A stretch of DNA of 64,000 nt. It comes from an uncultured Pelagibacteraceae bacterium. Its GTDB lineage: Bacteria > Pseudomonadota > Alphaproteobacteria > Pelagibacterales > AG-422-B15. The position numbers and the translations under genes are program-made. The stretch is taken from contig CABYSM010000003.1 in NCBI GenBank assembly GCA_902521655.1, positions 15,297-79,296 of the forward strand. Direction: 5' to 3'. Shown here one piece after another: positions 44,046 through 53,557 of this stretch. The notes beneath the pieces are model-generated. The model had not been told where the DNA came from, made no database searches, and was given only the letters and a program-made list of their open reading frames with translations. Every line of letters starts with the position of its first letter. Positions within the stretch are counted from its first letter, which is position 1.

Positions 44046-44734
44046 GATATTTCTGAATAAATATCTTCAGCAGCTTTAGCAGGATCTTTAGCATCTGTTA
44101 TTGGCCTGCCTATAACTAAAATATCAGCACCAGCCTCAATAGCTTCCTTCGCTGAAAGTGTTCTTTTTTGATCATTTGATGCATTTTCATTACCTCTAAT
44201 TCCTGGAGAAATTATCTGTAGATTGCTTCCATGAGTATTTTTTACTTCAGAAATTTCCAGAGGACTACAAACAATGCCATCCATACCACAATTGACCGCA
44301 AGTTGAGTTAGCTGTTTTACATTCTCATTGATTGACTTTTCAATACCAATTTCTGAAATAAGTTTATCATTGAAGCTGGTCAGCATGGTTACACCGATCA
44401 ATTTAGTTTTACTATTAAGTTTGTTTTTAATGTTTACACTCTCTATAAGCATTTCTGAACCCCCTGAAAGATGCAAAGTAGTATATTTTGGTTCAAATTG
44501 TAAAATATTACTTAGCGCTTGTTTTACTGTATTTGGAATATCATATAATTTTAGATCTATAAAAATCGGAATTTCCAATTTTTTTATTTTTTCCAGTCCT
44601 AAAAGACCACATGAGGTAAAAAATTCTAAGCCTACTTTAATACCGCCTATATGAGGAGAAATTTGATCAACTAATGCAACTGCGTTATCAATATCACTTG
44701 TATCGATAGCGCAAAAAATAGGATTATTAGTCAA
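44042..44734 (-). CDS. pyrF: Orotidine 5'-phosphate decarboxylase
   Basis: 230 aa with IFIDLKLYDIPNTV and VIGRPIT. Confidence 0.9.
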   Translation of the reverse strand: MTNNPIFCAIDTSDIDNAVALVDQISPHIGGIKVGLEFFTSCGLLGLEKIKKLEIPIFIDLKLYDIPNTVKQALSNILQFEPKYTTLHLSGGSEMLIESVNIKNKLNSKTKLIGVTMLTSFNDKLISEIGIEKSINENVKQLTQLAVNCGMDGIVCSPLEISEVKNTHGSNLQIISPGIRGNENASNDQKRTLSAKEAIEAGADILVIGRPITDAKDPAKAAEDIYSEIS

Positions 44735-44748
44735 AACAAAATTATAGG

Positions 44749-45069
44749 TTAATCACCTTCTTCTTGTGAAACAGAGGTATTGTTTTTAGAGTTTAATTTT
44801 AGTCTTAATTCTTTACCAGTTTTAAATCTTGGAATAAACTTTTCATCTACTTGAACAGCTTCCCCAGTTCTTGGATTTCTTCCCGTTCTTTCTTTTCTGT
44901 GTTGAACTGAAAATGCTCCAAAACCTCTTAATTCTACTCTTTTCCCCTCAGCTAAGGAATGTGTGATTTCATTAAATATCGTATTAACTATTCTTTCTAC
45001 GTCTCTGACAAATAAATGAGGGTTAGCTTCAGTAATATTTTGTATAAGTTTAGATTTAATTAAGCTCAT
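44749..45069 (-). CDS. ihfB: Integration host factor beta subunit
   Basis: 106 aa with [23 protein letters not shown]. It lies downstream of cmk-rpsA, as in many proteobacteria. Confidence 0.9.
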   Translation of the reverse strand: MSLIKSKLIQNITEANPHLFVRDVERIVNTIFNEITHSLAEGKRVELRGFGAFSVQHRKERTGRNPRTGEAVQVDEKFIPRFKTGKELRLKLNSKNNTSVSQEEGD

Positions 45070-45123
45070 ACAATAATTATATTATATTAAGACTTATTGT
45101 AAATAATTGAATGTAAAGAATAT

Positions 45124-46821
45124 TTAGTCTTCTTTTTTGTCCCTACCAAGTGCTTTACCTAAGATAGCTCCTAGGCTGGCTCCACTATCCTTTGAACCAT
45201 ACTTTTCCATAGCTTCGCGTTCTATAGTTTCTTCCATTATACGTACAGATAAACTAATTTTATAACTTGATTGATCTATATTAGTGATTGCTGCGTCTAA
45301 CTTATCATTTTTTGCCCATCTTTCAGGACGTGCATCAGGTTTTCGTAGTGCTAACTCATTTCTTTTAATAATAGATACAGGTCCTTTTTCTCCAACACGT
45401 ACTTTTAATCCGAAATCGCCTGTCTCTATTACATTACAGGTGACTATATCACCCTTTACTTTACCCTCTAATTCATCAAATGGATTGCCGTCAATTTCTC
45501 TTACAGAAAGAGATACTTTATCATTATCATTGGTAATGATTTTTGCTTTGATTTTATCACCTACGTTATATTTTTTAATCTCTTCTTTAGGGTCCATATC
45601 CCATGAGAGATCTTTACTGAATATTGCCCCATCGATTTCCCCTTCGAGATTACAGAATATGATATTGTCTTTAATATTTGTAATATTCGTTTCAATTACA
45701 GTTCCGACAGGATTGGACTCATTAAATTTCTGCCAAGGATTTGGTGATAATTGTTTAATTCCAAGGCTTAATCTTCTTTTTTCGTGGTCAATTTCTAAGA
45801 TCTGACAATCAACGGCTTGTGATCTAGCATAAAGATTTCCTGGCTTTGAATTTTGCCTCTGACTCCAGGTAAGCATATCTTTATGGCATAGTCCCTCTAC
45901 TCCATTTTCAATTTCAATAAAAATTCCATAATCTGTGACATTAGTTACGACACCTTTTACTCTATCATCAACATTAAATTTTGCCTTAACTTGGAGCCAT
46001 GGATCATCTTCAAGTTGCTTCATTCCAACAGAAACTCTATTTTTTTCTGGATCAACTTTTATAATCTTTACTTTTACCTGCTGGTCTATTTTAAGCACTT
46101 CTGATGGATGACCTATTCTTTTATATGTAATATCACTACTATGAAGTAATGAGTCATATCCTCCCAAGTCAACGAAAGCTCCGTAGTCTGTTATCGCTTT
46201 TATTTTGCCCTCAACTACATCTTCTAGTTTAAGCTGCAAGAAACGCTCTTCTCGGACCTCTTTGTGCATTTCCTCTAAAACAGCTCTGCGACTTACAACA
46301 ATATTATTTCTCTTTAAATCCATCTTAAGTATTTTAAACTTTTGTGGAACATCTAGTAAGTGACTTACATCTCTTACGGGCCTTGTATCTATTTGACTAC
46401 CAGGCAAAAAAGCTGTGACACCAATTTCACAGGATAATCCGCCTTTCACTTTTCCGGTAATAACTCCTTCAACTAACTCACCTGCTTCAAAGGACTTCTC
46501 TATCTCAGCCCAGATTTCTTTTGATTTTGCCTTAGAGCGCGAAAGAATACACTCACCATTATGGTTCTCAATTTTGTCTAAATAAACATCAATTTCATCG
46601 CCAACAGAGAGTTCTTTCTGGTCCTTTCTAAATGCAAATTCACGTTTCGAAATTCTACCTTCAACTTTTGCCCCTATATCAACTATTACAGCATCATCTT
46701 CAATTTCAGAAATAGTTCCTTTAATTATAGTACCTTCTTTTAATTTTGAATTGCTGATTGACTCTGCGAGAATTGAATCAAACTCTGTCATTTGATTATT
46801 ATCTATGGACTCTTGATTCAT
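45124..46821 (-). CDS. rpsA: 30S ribosomal protein S1
   Basis: 565 aa with six S1-domain repeats (recurrent G.V..ITDYGAFV/GIFIE-type cores). Confidence 0.95.
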   Translation of the reverse strand: MNQESIDNNQMTEFDSILAESISNSKLKEGTIIKGTISEIEDDAVIVDIGAKVEGRISKREFAFRKDQKELSVGDEIDVYLDKIENHNGECILSRSKAKSKEIWAEIEKSFEAGELVEGVITGKVKGGLSCEIGVTAFLPGSQIDTRPVRDVSHLLDVPQKFKILKMDLKRNNIVVSRRAVLEEMHKEVREERFLQLKLEDVVEGKIKAITDYGAFVDLGGYDSLLHSSDITYKRIGHPSEVLKIDQQVKVKIIKVDPEKNRVSVGMKQLEDDPWLQVKAKFNVDDRVKGVVTNVTDYGIFIEIENGVEGLCHKDMLTWSQRQNSKPGNLYARSQAVDCQILEIDHEKRRLSLGIKQLSPNPWQKFNESNPVGTVIETNITNIKDNIIFCNLEGEIDGAIFSKDLSWDMDPKEEIKKYNVGDKIKAKIITNDNDKVSLSVREIDGNPFDELEGKVKGDIVTCNVIETGDFGLKVRVGEKGPVSIIKRNELALRKPDARPERWAKNDKLDAAITNIDQSSYKISLSVRIMEETIEREAMEKYGSKDSGASLGAILGKALGRDKKED

Positions 46822-47462
46822 ATGGTTTTAGTTTTTAATATTATCCGTTTTATTGCCTTAAAAGCCTGTTCTATATCAATATAACTGGTATCTAGCAATA
46901 CCGAATTTGCGGCTGGCATTAGAGGGGCAATTTCTCTTGTCATATCCTTTTGATCGCGAACGTTAATTTCCCTAAAAATCTTACTATAGCTTGCATTTTT
47001 ACCATTTTTTCTTAGCTGATCGTATCTTCTTTTGGCCCTCACCTCCGACACCGCCCAAAGAAAAATCTTATAGTTTGCTTTTGGAAAGATAATTGTACCA
47101 ATATCTCTACCCTCAATAATCGCAAATTTAATGTTGTTGCCGTACTTTTTTGGGAAACTCCTTTGGAAAGTAATTAGTTTATTTCTTACTTGTTTCTTCG
47201 CTGATATTATTGAGGATACGCTATCTACTTGACTAGAGTAAAGCTCTGCAGAGCTTAAATTACCTGGATCGATAGAGGTGATGGATCTTAAAATTTCTTC
47301 GGTATTATTTAAATTGATTTTTCTTTTTATGATTTCTAGTGCCAATGCTCGGTATAGCTTGCCACTAAATAATACAGGTGCTTTGAATTTCTTCGCGATT
47401 TTCTTAGCCAATGTTGACTTTCCAACAGAGGCGGGTCCATCAATTGCAATTATTTTTGTCAT
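46818..47462 (-). CDS. cmk: Cytidylate kinase
   Basis: 214 aa with the P-loop IAIDGPASVGKST and EGRDIGT. Confidence 0.9.
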   Translation of the reverse strand: MTKIIAIDGPASVGKSTLAKKIAKKFKAPVLFSGKLYRALALEIIKRKINLNNTEEILRSITSIDPGNLSSAELYSSQVDSVSSIISAKKQVRNKLITFQRSFPKKYGNNIKFAIIEGRDIGTIIFPKANYKIFLWAVSEVRAKRRYDQLRKNGKNASYSKIFREINVRDQKDMTREIAPLMPAANSVLLDTSYIDIEQAFKAIKRIILKTKTI

Positions 47463-48751
47463 TAATTAGTAGATAACTTTTTTAAATGTTTCTTAAAATC
47501 AGGATAACTTATTGAAATGCAGGACTCATCATCAATAATTAATTTATTTTTATAGAGTAGACTTAAGATTGCAAACGACATAGCAATTCTATGGTCACCG
47601 TATGTTTTTATTTTTTTTCGATTAATAACCTGTAATTCGTTTGATCCTTTAATAGATATATCGTCATTCTTAGAAATAACTTTAAAGCCTATTTTAGATA
47701 AATTCGTTGTTATACTTTTTATTCGATCACTTTCTTTATGTCTAAGTTCTGACAATCCCTTCATAACTGTAACACCTTTTGCTTGTGATGCGGCAATAGA
47801 GAGTATTGGATACTCGTCTATTAAATAAGGAGATGAGGATGCTTTTACTTCAATTGCATTTAGTAAGCTATATGATACTTGAACGTTGCCAACATCTTCG
47901 CCAGATATTGTTTTAGTTTTTTTTACTTTTATCTTACCTCCCATCTTCTTAAGGACATCGATGAAAGCAATTCTAGATTTGTTAAGTGCTATATTTTTTA
48001 GAGTAATCATAGATTTTGGAATTATAAGGGCTCCCACAATAAAAAAAGCCGCACTTGATGGATCACCTGCAACTATAATATCTCTTGGCTTAATTTCATA
48101 AGGACCATTAAGTTCAATTGAAGTTGAACTTTTGCTTAATATTTTCTTTTTGAAGTTTATTTTGAGATAACGCATTAGTCTTTCAGTATGATCGCGTGTA
48201 TTTCTTTTTTCGATTATTCTTGTCTTCCCTTTCAAGTTGAGAGCTGCCAGTATTATAGCAGATTTAACCTGGGCTGATGCTTTTTGCATAACATGCTCCA
48301 TAGGAATTAGATTTATGTCACCATCTATATGGAGTGGTAAAAAATCTTTTTTAGTAAGTTTTATTCCCGCGCCCATTTTTTCAAGAAATATTGATAGTCT
48401 TGACATTGAACGTTTACTTAGCGAATTGTCACCTATGAATGTACAGTTTATAGGATTTGATGAAACTGCTCCCATCATCAAACGTGAGGTTGTACCACTA
48501 TTGCCACAATCAAGTACTTGCGACGGTTGAATATAGCCCCCAGTTCCATTGCCGTATACAGTCCATTGCGTTTTTTTCTTAACAATCTTTATACCCAACT
48601 CTTTTAGAATATTTAGAGTTCGCATAACATCATCTGACTCTAGTAAATTTGAAATTTTTACTCTTCCCGTAGAAAGTGAGGCAAAAATTAGTGCTCTATG
48701 TGAAATAGACTTATCGCCAGATATTTTGATTGAACCTTTTAATTTCAGCAC
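47462..48751 (-). CDS. aroA: 3-phosphoshikimate 1-carboxyvinyltransferase (EPSP synthase)
   Basis: 429 aa with a GTG start. Motifs are SGDKSISHRALIFASL, DCGNSGTTSRLMMG and DHRIAMSFA. Confidence 0.9.
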   Translation of the reverse strand: MLKLKGSIKISGDKSISHRALIFASLSTGRVKISNLLESDDVMRTLNILKELGIKIVKKKTQWTVYGNGTGGYIQPSQVLDCGNSGTTSRLMMGAVSSNPINCTFIGDNSLSKRSMSRLSIFLEKMGAGIKLTKKDFLPLHIDGDINLIPMEHVMQKASAQVKSAIILAALNLKGKTRIIEKRNTRDHTERLMRYLKINFKKKILSKSSTSIELNGPYEIKPRDIIVAGDPSSAAFFIVGALIIPKSMITLKNIALNKSRIAFIDVLKKMGGKIKVKKTKTISGEDVGNVQVSYSLLNAIEVKASSSPYLIDEYPILSIAASQAKGVTVMKGLSELRHKESDRIKSITTNLSKIGFKVISKNDDISIKGSNELQVINRKKIKTYGDHRIAMSFAILSLLYKNKLIIDDESCISISYPDFKKHLKKLSTN

Positions 48752-48852
48752 TTTTGTATTGTCAATTTAATAAGTTAGGATATTCTTTAATAATACTGTA
48801 TATTTTTTTAAATTGTCAAAATTTTAACCAATAAATTATTAAGAGATAAAAT

Positions 48853-49221
48853 ATGCCAAAACCAGAGTTTGGAAAAAAAGTAATTTGTAACAATTGTGAA
48901 GCTAAATTTTATGATCTTAATCGAAAACCTGCTATTTGCCCGCATTGTGGCACTGAATATGTGGACCCTTTAAATGAGACAATATCAACTACAGCTAAAC
49001 AAGTATTTATCGATGATGTTGATACAGTTGCTGATAATAACTTAGTAGGAAGCGATGCAACGGAGTCGATGGCTGATGTAGTTGAAATAGATATAGAAGA
49101 TGAAATAGACGAGGATACAATTAGCCTTGAAGATACTGAAGATGACAATGAAGTTATTACTAGTGATGTTGATATCGATTTGGATAATGGCGAAACTGAT
49201 GGAGGAATTGATCACAACTAA
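48853..49221 (+). CDS. TIGR02300 (FYDLN_acid) family zinc-ribbon protein with acidic tail
   Basis: 122 aa with CNNCEAKFYDLNRKPAICPHCG followed by a long D/E-rich C-terminus. Confidence 0.75.
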   Translation: MPKPEFGKKVICNNCEAKFYDLNRKPAICPHCGTEYVDPLNETISTTAKQVFIDDVDTVADNNLVGSDATESMADVVEIDIEDEIDEDTISLEDTEDDNEVITSDVDIDLDNGETDGGIDHN

Positions 49222-49225
49222 ATAT

Positions 49226-49301
49226 GGGGCTGTAGCTCAGCTGGGAGAGCATCAGCATGGCATGTTGAGGGTCACCGGTTCGATCCCGGTCAGCTCCACC
49301 A
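49226..49301 (+). tRNA. tRNA-Ala (anticodon GGC), CCA encoded
   Basis: Hand-folded cloverleaf. Acceptor is GGGGCTG/CAGCTCC with the G3:U70 alanine identity pair. D stem is GCTC/GAGC. Anticodon stem is TCAGC/GTTGA with loop AT-GGC-AT. T arm is ACCGG-TTCGATC-CCGGT, with terminal ACCA. Confidence 0.95.
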
Positions 49302-50054
49302 TTAGAACTTGAATGTGTCACCCAAATAAAATTTTCTTGCTTCTTTGCTACCGAGAATTTTTTCACTCGTTCCATGTGCGATAATCTCTCCACTGAAGAG
49401 TAGGTAGCTGTAATCGCTAATATCTAATACTTCTCTTACTTGGTGGTCCGTGATTATAACAGATATACCTTTCGTTTTGAGCCTATTGATTTCAGACTTG
49501 ATATCATTTATCGAAATAGGGTCTAATGCAGAAAATGGCTCATCAAATAGCACATAAGAAGGATTAGTTCCAAGCAATCTTGCACATTCACATTTTCGCC
49601 TTTCACCGCCTGATAATTGATGAGGCATCGCATTTCGTAAATGAGTTAAATTAAATTCAGCTAATAACTCCTCAAGTCTATTTATTCTTTGATCTAAGTT
49701 GAGATTAGTTGTTTCTAATATTGCCATTATGTTGTTTTCAACACTTAAACCCCTAAATATACTTGGTTGTTGTGGAAGATAACCAAGTCCTGCTTTAGCT
49801 CTTTTCCACATTGGAAGAGTTGTAATATTATTATTGTTTAATTTTATTTCACCACTATCGCAACTAATAAGACCCATAATACAATATAAAGCTGTACTTT
49901 TTCCTGCCCCATTTGGACCAAGTAAACCTATTACTTTTCCTTTTTCAACTTTCATTGAAATATTTCTTACGATTTGTTTCCCTGAAAGTGATTTTCTTAA
50001 GTTATTAACTTCAAGTCCAGGATTTGAGGAAACTAATTTGGGTTTTTTAGTCAT
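49302..50054 (-). CDS. lptB: LPS export ABC transporter ATP-binding protein
   Basis: 250 aa with Walker A GPNGAGKST, signature LSGGERRKCECARLL and Walker B VLFDEPFSALD. It lies downstream of lptC-lptA. Confidence 0.9.
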   Translation of the reverse strand: MTKKPKLVSSNPGLEVNNLRKSLSGKQIVRNISMKVEKGKVIGLLGPNGAGKSTALYCIMGLISCDSGEIKLNNNNITTLPMWKRAKAGLGYLPQQPSIFRGLSVENNIMAILETTNLNLDQRINRLEELLAEFNLTHLRNAMPHQLSGGERRKCECARLLGTNPSYVLFDEPFSALDPISINDIKSEINRLKTKGISVIITDHQVREVLDISDYSYLLFSGEIIAHGTSEKILGSKEARKFYLGDTFKF

Positions 50055-50061
50055 TATATTT

Positions 50062-50511
50062 TTAATTTTCGTTGATTATTAATGCTTCCACTCTTTTACT
50101 TGACTCACTGCTCATAATACTTGAAGAATTTTCTAGATCTACAATTATTTTATCACAAAAGATGGTACTCTGATTTTGCAACACTTCAACTTTACCAAAG
50201 ACAGATAATTTATTCTGAACGGGATCATACCTCGCCTTATCGCCATTAATGGATAATTCTTCTCTTACTATTTTTACATTACCGTTAGCATTGATTTCCT
50301 TAATTTCATTTTCATCTTTGCTTGAAGTAACAATTAATTCTTTAGACCAAATTTCTAAATTATCTTCTACTGCATATACGTTTCCAGAAAAAATTGAAAC
50401 ATGCTCTGCTCTTATGATTTCTAATTTATCAGATGTTATTTTTATTTGTTTAGCGCTAGCTGAATTTACAAATAAAATGAATAAGAAAGTAATAAAAAAA
50501 TTTTTAAACAT
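50062..50511 (-). CDS. lptA: LPS transport periplasmic protein LptA (OstA-like)
   Basis: 149 aa with a signal peptide and beta-jellyroll-type repeats (ITSDKLEI ... GNVKIV ... GKVEVLQ). Its position is between lptC and lptB. Confidence 0.75.
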   Translation of the reverse strand: MFKNFFITFLFILFVNSASAKQIKITSDKLEIIRAEHVSIFSGNVYAVEDNLEIWSKELIVTSSKDENEIKEINANGNVKIVREELSINGDKARYDPVQNKLSVFGKVEVLQNQSTIFCDKIIVDLENSSSIMSSESSKRVEALIINEN

Positions 50512-50514
50512 AAA

Positions 50515-51036
50515 TTAATCTACACTATAGAAAGTACTCACATTACCCTTGTAGATAATATGATTAAAATTACTTTTTATTTTTGACTCATCGGCAGTTA
50601 TAATACTGCTGCCTCTAAAATGTTTTACATTTTTATTGAACTCGACTAAATCATCATTGATATAAAACAGTGCACTATCAGACTGGAACCTATCTTCTTC
50701 GTCAGTATAGAAGTTAATGTCGCCTTTAAGTTCTATTAAATTTTCTATTTGATCAAAGTTACCCTTTTTAGCATTTAAATAGATCCAGATACCAGAATCA
50801 GTTCTTAGTTTGCCCTCGACAATAAATAATTCCAAATGACCTTCTTTTTGAATACCTTTCTCAGCCTTGATTTCATAAAGTCTATTATCAAGCCCTTTTT
50901 CAGAAAATTTTGGTTTGTCTATTTCAATTTCAAGGTTCTCATCGGAAAAAATCTTAGACTGAAATAAAAATAATATAAATAAAAAGAAAATAGATAATTT
51001 AAAAATATTCTTAATTAACATATCGAATGCAGTCAT
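50515..51036 (-). CDS. lptC: LPS export system protein LptC
   Basis: 173 aa with an N-terminal membrane anchor and synteny kpsF-lptC-lptA-lptB. The start is uncertain (ATG at 51036 or 51021), and both overlap the kpsF stop. Confidence 0.65.
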   Translation of the reverse strand: MTAFDMLIKNIFKLSIFFLFILFLFQSKIFSDENLEIEIDKPKFSEKGLDNRLYEIKAEKGIQKEGHLELFIVEGKLRTDSGIWIYLNAKKGNFDQIENLIELKGDINFYTDEEDRFQSDSALFYINDDLVEFNKNVKHFRGSSIITADESKIKSNFNHIIYKGNVSTFYSVD

Positions 51037-51976
51037 GGATATGGATAATACCTATTGGTTTTTTTTCTTTTAAATTGTTTACTACAAATAAACATGTAAT
51101 TTTATTTGCATTCATTTTTTGTAGCACATTAATAACTAGTTCTTCTTTGCATATTAGCATTGGTTTTGAGGACATAATTTCTTTTACATTTACATCTAAT
51201 AAGGCTTTTCTAATATGTCTCCTTAAATCTCCGTCAGTAATTATTCCTATCAGTCTGTTTTCTTTGCTTTTTATTGCTACGTGGCCAAATGATTTTTTTG
51301 TCATTTCAACAATGACAGATTTCATTGAAGAATTTTCACGAACTATTGGTATTTTCCCCCCTGTATGCATTATGTCTTCAACCTGAAGCATATTGGCGCC
51401 CAAAGCGCCTCCAGGATGTATCATCTTGTAGTCTTTAAGTTTGAAATTCTTAACCTTCATTAAAGATACACAGATTGCGTCACCTAAAATTAATGACATA
51501 GTGGTTGAAGTTGTGGGAGCCAAGCCTATTGAACATGCTTCTTTTGAATTTGGAATTAATAATGGAATATCACATAATTTGTATAGAGTACTTTTTGCAT
51601 TTGATGTGATCCCTATAACAAAAACCTTATTTTTTTGTGCAAAATCTAATAAAGATATGAATTCCTCACTCTTGCCAGAATTAGATATAATTATTATGGC
51701 ATCATTTTTTGATATTATTCCTAAATCACCATGGCTCATATCTGTTGGGGAGCAATATTGAGAAAGTGTACCAGTTGAGCTCATTGTACTTGAAATTTTA
51801 CTGGCAATATGTCCTGATTTTCCTACGCCAGTGATTATTACCTTACCTTTAATTTTTGATAGCTTTTCAATTACTTTTGCAAAATCTAAATTTATTGTTT
51901 TATAAAGTTTTTTAGCTCCAGATATTTCTGTTTCTATGACAGCTTTTCCGTAACTTTTAATTTTATTTTTGCTCAT
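51011..51976 (-). CDS. kpsF: Arabinose-5-phosphate isomerase (KpsF/GutQ family)
   Basis: 321 aa with a SIS domain (ITGVGKSGHIA) plus a C-terminal CBS pair. Confidence 0.9.
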   Translation of the reverse strand: MSKNKIKSYGKAVIETEISGAKKLYKTINLDFAKVIEKLSKIKGKVIITGVGKSGHIASKISSTMSSTGTLSQYCSPTDMSHGDLGIISKNDAIIIISNSGKSEEFISLLDFAQKNKVFVIGITSNAKSTLYKLCDIPLLIPNSKEACSIGLAPTTSTTMSLILGDAICVSLMKVKNFKLKDYKMIHPGGALGANMLQVEDIMHTGGKIPIVRENSSMKSVIVEMTKKSFGHVAIKSKENRLIGIITDGDLRRHIRKALLDVNVKEIMSSKPMLICKEELVINVLQKMNANKITCLFVVNNLKEKKPIGIIHIHDCIRYVN

Positions 51977-51984
51977 GTATAATA

Positions 51985-52596
51985 TTAATTGGAATGAGAA
52001 AAAATATCATTTTCCCATCCCCTTAAATCGAGTTCAACTCTAATTGGTAGAAACTTGATACACGACTCGACAAGTAGTTCTCTATTTTGCCTCTTAAGAA
52101 TTTCATCTAGTTTTATCTTTATAGCATGCAAGTGAATTACATCAGTTGCAGCATAGTTGATTTGTTCTTTGGTTAAATCAGGATTTGACCAGTCGCTTGA
52201 TTGCTGTTTTTTTGAAATATCAATGTTTAGAAGTTCTTTACATAAATCTTTATATCCATGACCTTGTGAGTACGTTCGGGCAATTTTTGAACTTAGTTTT
52301 GTGCAGTAAACACTTTTAATCATTATATCTAAGTCATGCTTTATCGCAGCTAAATCATGCCTTGCATAATGAAAAATGAATGTCTTATTGCTACTCAGTA
52401 GTTTTTTAAGATTGGGAGCGTCAAATTTTTTATCAATAAATTGAACTAAATGACAATCGCCTTGGCCGTCATATAGTTGTATTAGACATAAAGGATCTCT
52501 ATCAGGTTGCAAACCCATCATTTCACAATCGGCAGCTATAAGATCTGAAAATTCAACACCATCTGCCAAATCGTTTTTATGTAAAATTGTTTGCAT
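51985..52596 (-). CDS. rnd: Short RNase D-like 3'-5' exonuclease (DEDDy domain only)
   Basis: 203 aa with IAADCEMMGL, IFHYARHDL and YAATDVIHL. Confidence 0.75.
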   Translation of the reverse strand: MQTILHKNDLADGVEFSDLIAADCEMMGLQPDRDPLCLIQLYDGQGDCHLVQFIDKKFDAPNLKKLLSSNKTFIFHYARHDLAAIKHDLDIMIKSVYCTKLSSKIARTYSQGHGYKDLCKELLNIDISKKQQSSDWSNPDLTKEQINYAATDVIHLHAIKIKLDEILKRQNRELLVESCIKFLPIRVELDLRGWENDIFSHSN

Positions 52597-52648
52597 TGTA
52601 TGAAAATTAACTTATTTCAGAGAAGTACATAAGGTATATTTGTCAAAT

Positions 52649-53554
52649 ATGAAGCAAAAAAGAATTACTATAGTTGGAGGTTCTGGTTTTTTAGCCAAAT
52701 ATTGCATTTCAGAATTACTAAAACTCGGGCATAAATTAAAAATTATATGCAGAAATACCCATCTTGCTGGGCATATAAGAATGATGGGTCCCATTGATCA
52801 ACTAGATATAATTAAGGGAAATATTAACTTAAAACACACTATTGAACCTCATATAATTGGATCTGATATTGTCATTAATTTAGTAGGTATACTTAATGAA
52901 TCTTCAGGTGATCAGACTTTTAATAATTGCCATGCAGTTGGACCAAAAAACATTGCAGAAATTTGTTCTGAACACAAAATCGAGCGTTTAATTCACTTTT
53001 CATCTATAGGCGCTGATGTTGATAGCGATGCAAAATACCAAGTATCTAAAGGAATAGGTGAAAAGAATATTTTAGATAATTTTTCGCATGCAACAATAAT
53101 TAGGCCATCGATTGTTTTTGGGCCTGGCGATGGATTTTTCAGCTTACAGTCAAAATTGGTAAAGCTTCTTCCAATCGTTCCCTTGTTTAGCAATAACAAG
53201 TTCCAATGCGTGTATGTAAAGGATATAGCTGAGGGGCTAATCAAGCTTTTAGAGGATAAAGAAGCAGCAGGAAAGATCTATGAATTTGGAGGACCCGAAG
53301 TCATGACGCTTAAAGAAATTTATCAATTAATTTTAAACACGTTAAAAATTAAAAGAATCATCCTTCCTCTGCCTCTATCTTTTGCAAATGTTACTGCATT
53401 ATTAATGAAATTATCACCATCTCCTATGATTACATTTGATCAAGTTAAGATGTTAAAGAAAGACAACATAGTATCTGATACTCCATACAATCTCAGTTCG
53501 CTAGGAATAACTGCAAAATCATCAAGAGATATCATAAGTAATTATATTTTTTAA
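52649..53554 (+). CDS. NDUFA9-like NAD(P)-binding epimerase/dehydratase-fold protein (complex I 39-kDa subunit family)
   Basis: ITIVGGSGFLAKY, VINLVGIL, YQVSKGIGE and RPSIVFGPGDGFF. I prefer the ATG at 52649; the track starts at the TTG at 52640. Confidence 0.75.
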   Translation: MKQKRITIVGGSGFLAKYCISELLKLGHKLKIICRNTHLAGHIRMMGPIDQLDIIKGNINLKHTIEPHIIGSDIVINLVGILNESSGDQTFNNCHAVGPKNIAEICSEHKIERLIHFSSIGADVDSDAKYQVSKGIGEKNILDNFSHATIIRPSIVFGPGDGFFSLQSKLVKLLPIVPLFSNNKFQCVYVKDIAEGLIKLLEDKEAAGKIYEFGGPEVMTLKEIYQLILNTLKIKRIILPLPLSFANVTALLMKLSPSPMITFDQVKMLKKDNIVSDTPYNLSSLGITAKSSRDIISNYIF

Positions 53555-53557
53555 TTT

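Noticed and set aside
45284-45805. 173-aa plus-strand ORF, and many other 60-165 aa ORFs nested antisense in long genes
   Set aside because: Examples are 1081-1272, 1992-2348, 5690-6100, 7748-8053, 34954-35286, 56003-58872 (within gltB) and 51027-51761. All are fully contained in the opposite strand of strongly supported CDS (rpsA, pdxA, aminotransferase, MFS, ALDH, gltB, kpsF). Their translations are low-complexity with no recognisable motifs.
48758-48819. 8-bp direct repeat ATTGTCAA at 48758-48765 and 48812-48819 in the aroA / zinc-ribbon-gene divergent gap
   Set aside because: It occurs only twice, is short and AT-rich, and has no associated palindrome or conserved spacing to a clear -10 element. 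It is probably just TTGTCA-type -35-like sequence or chance.
49226-49301. tRNA-Ala as an integration hotspot flanked by a genomic island
   Set aside because: There is no integrase, no direct repeat of the tRNA 3' end that I could find nearby, and both flanks are conserved housekeeping genes (aroA and the zinc-ribbon gene on one side, lptB on the other).
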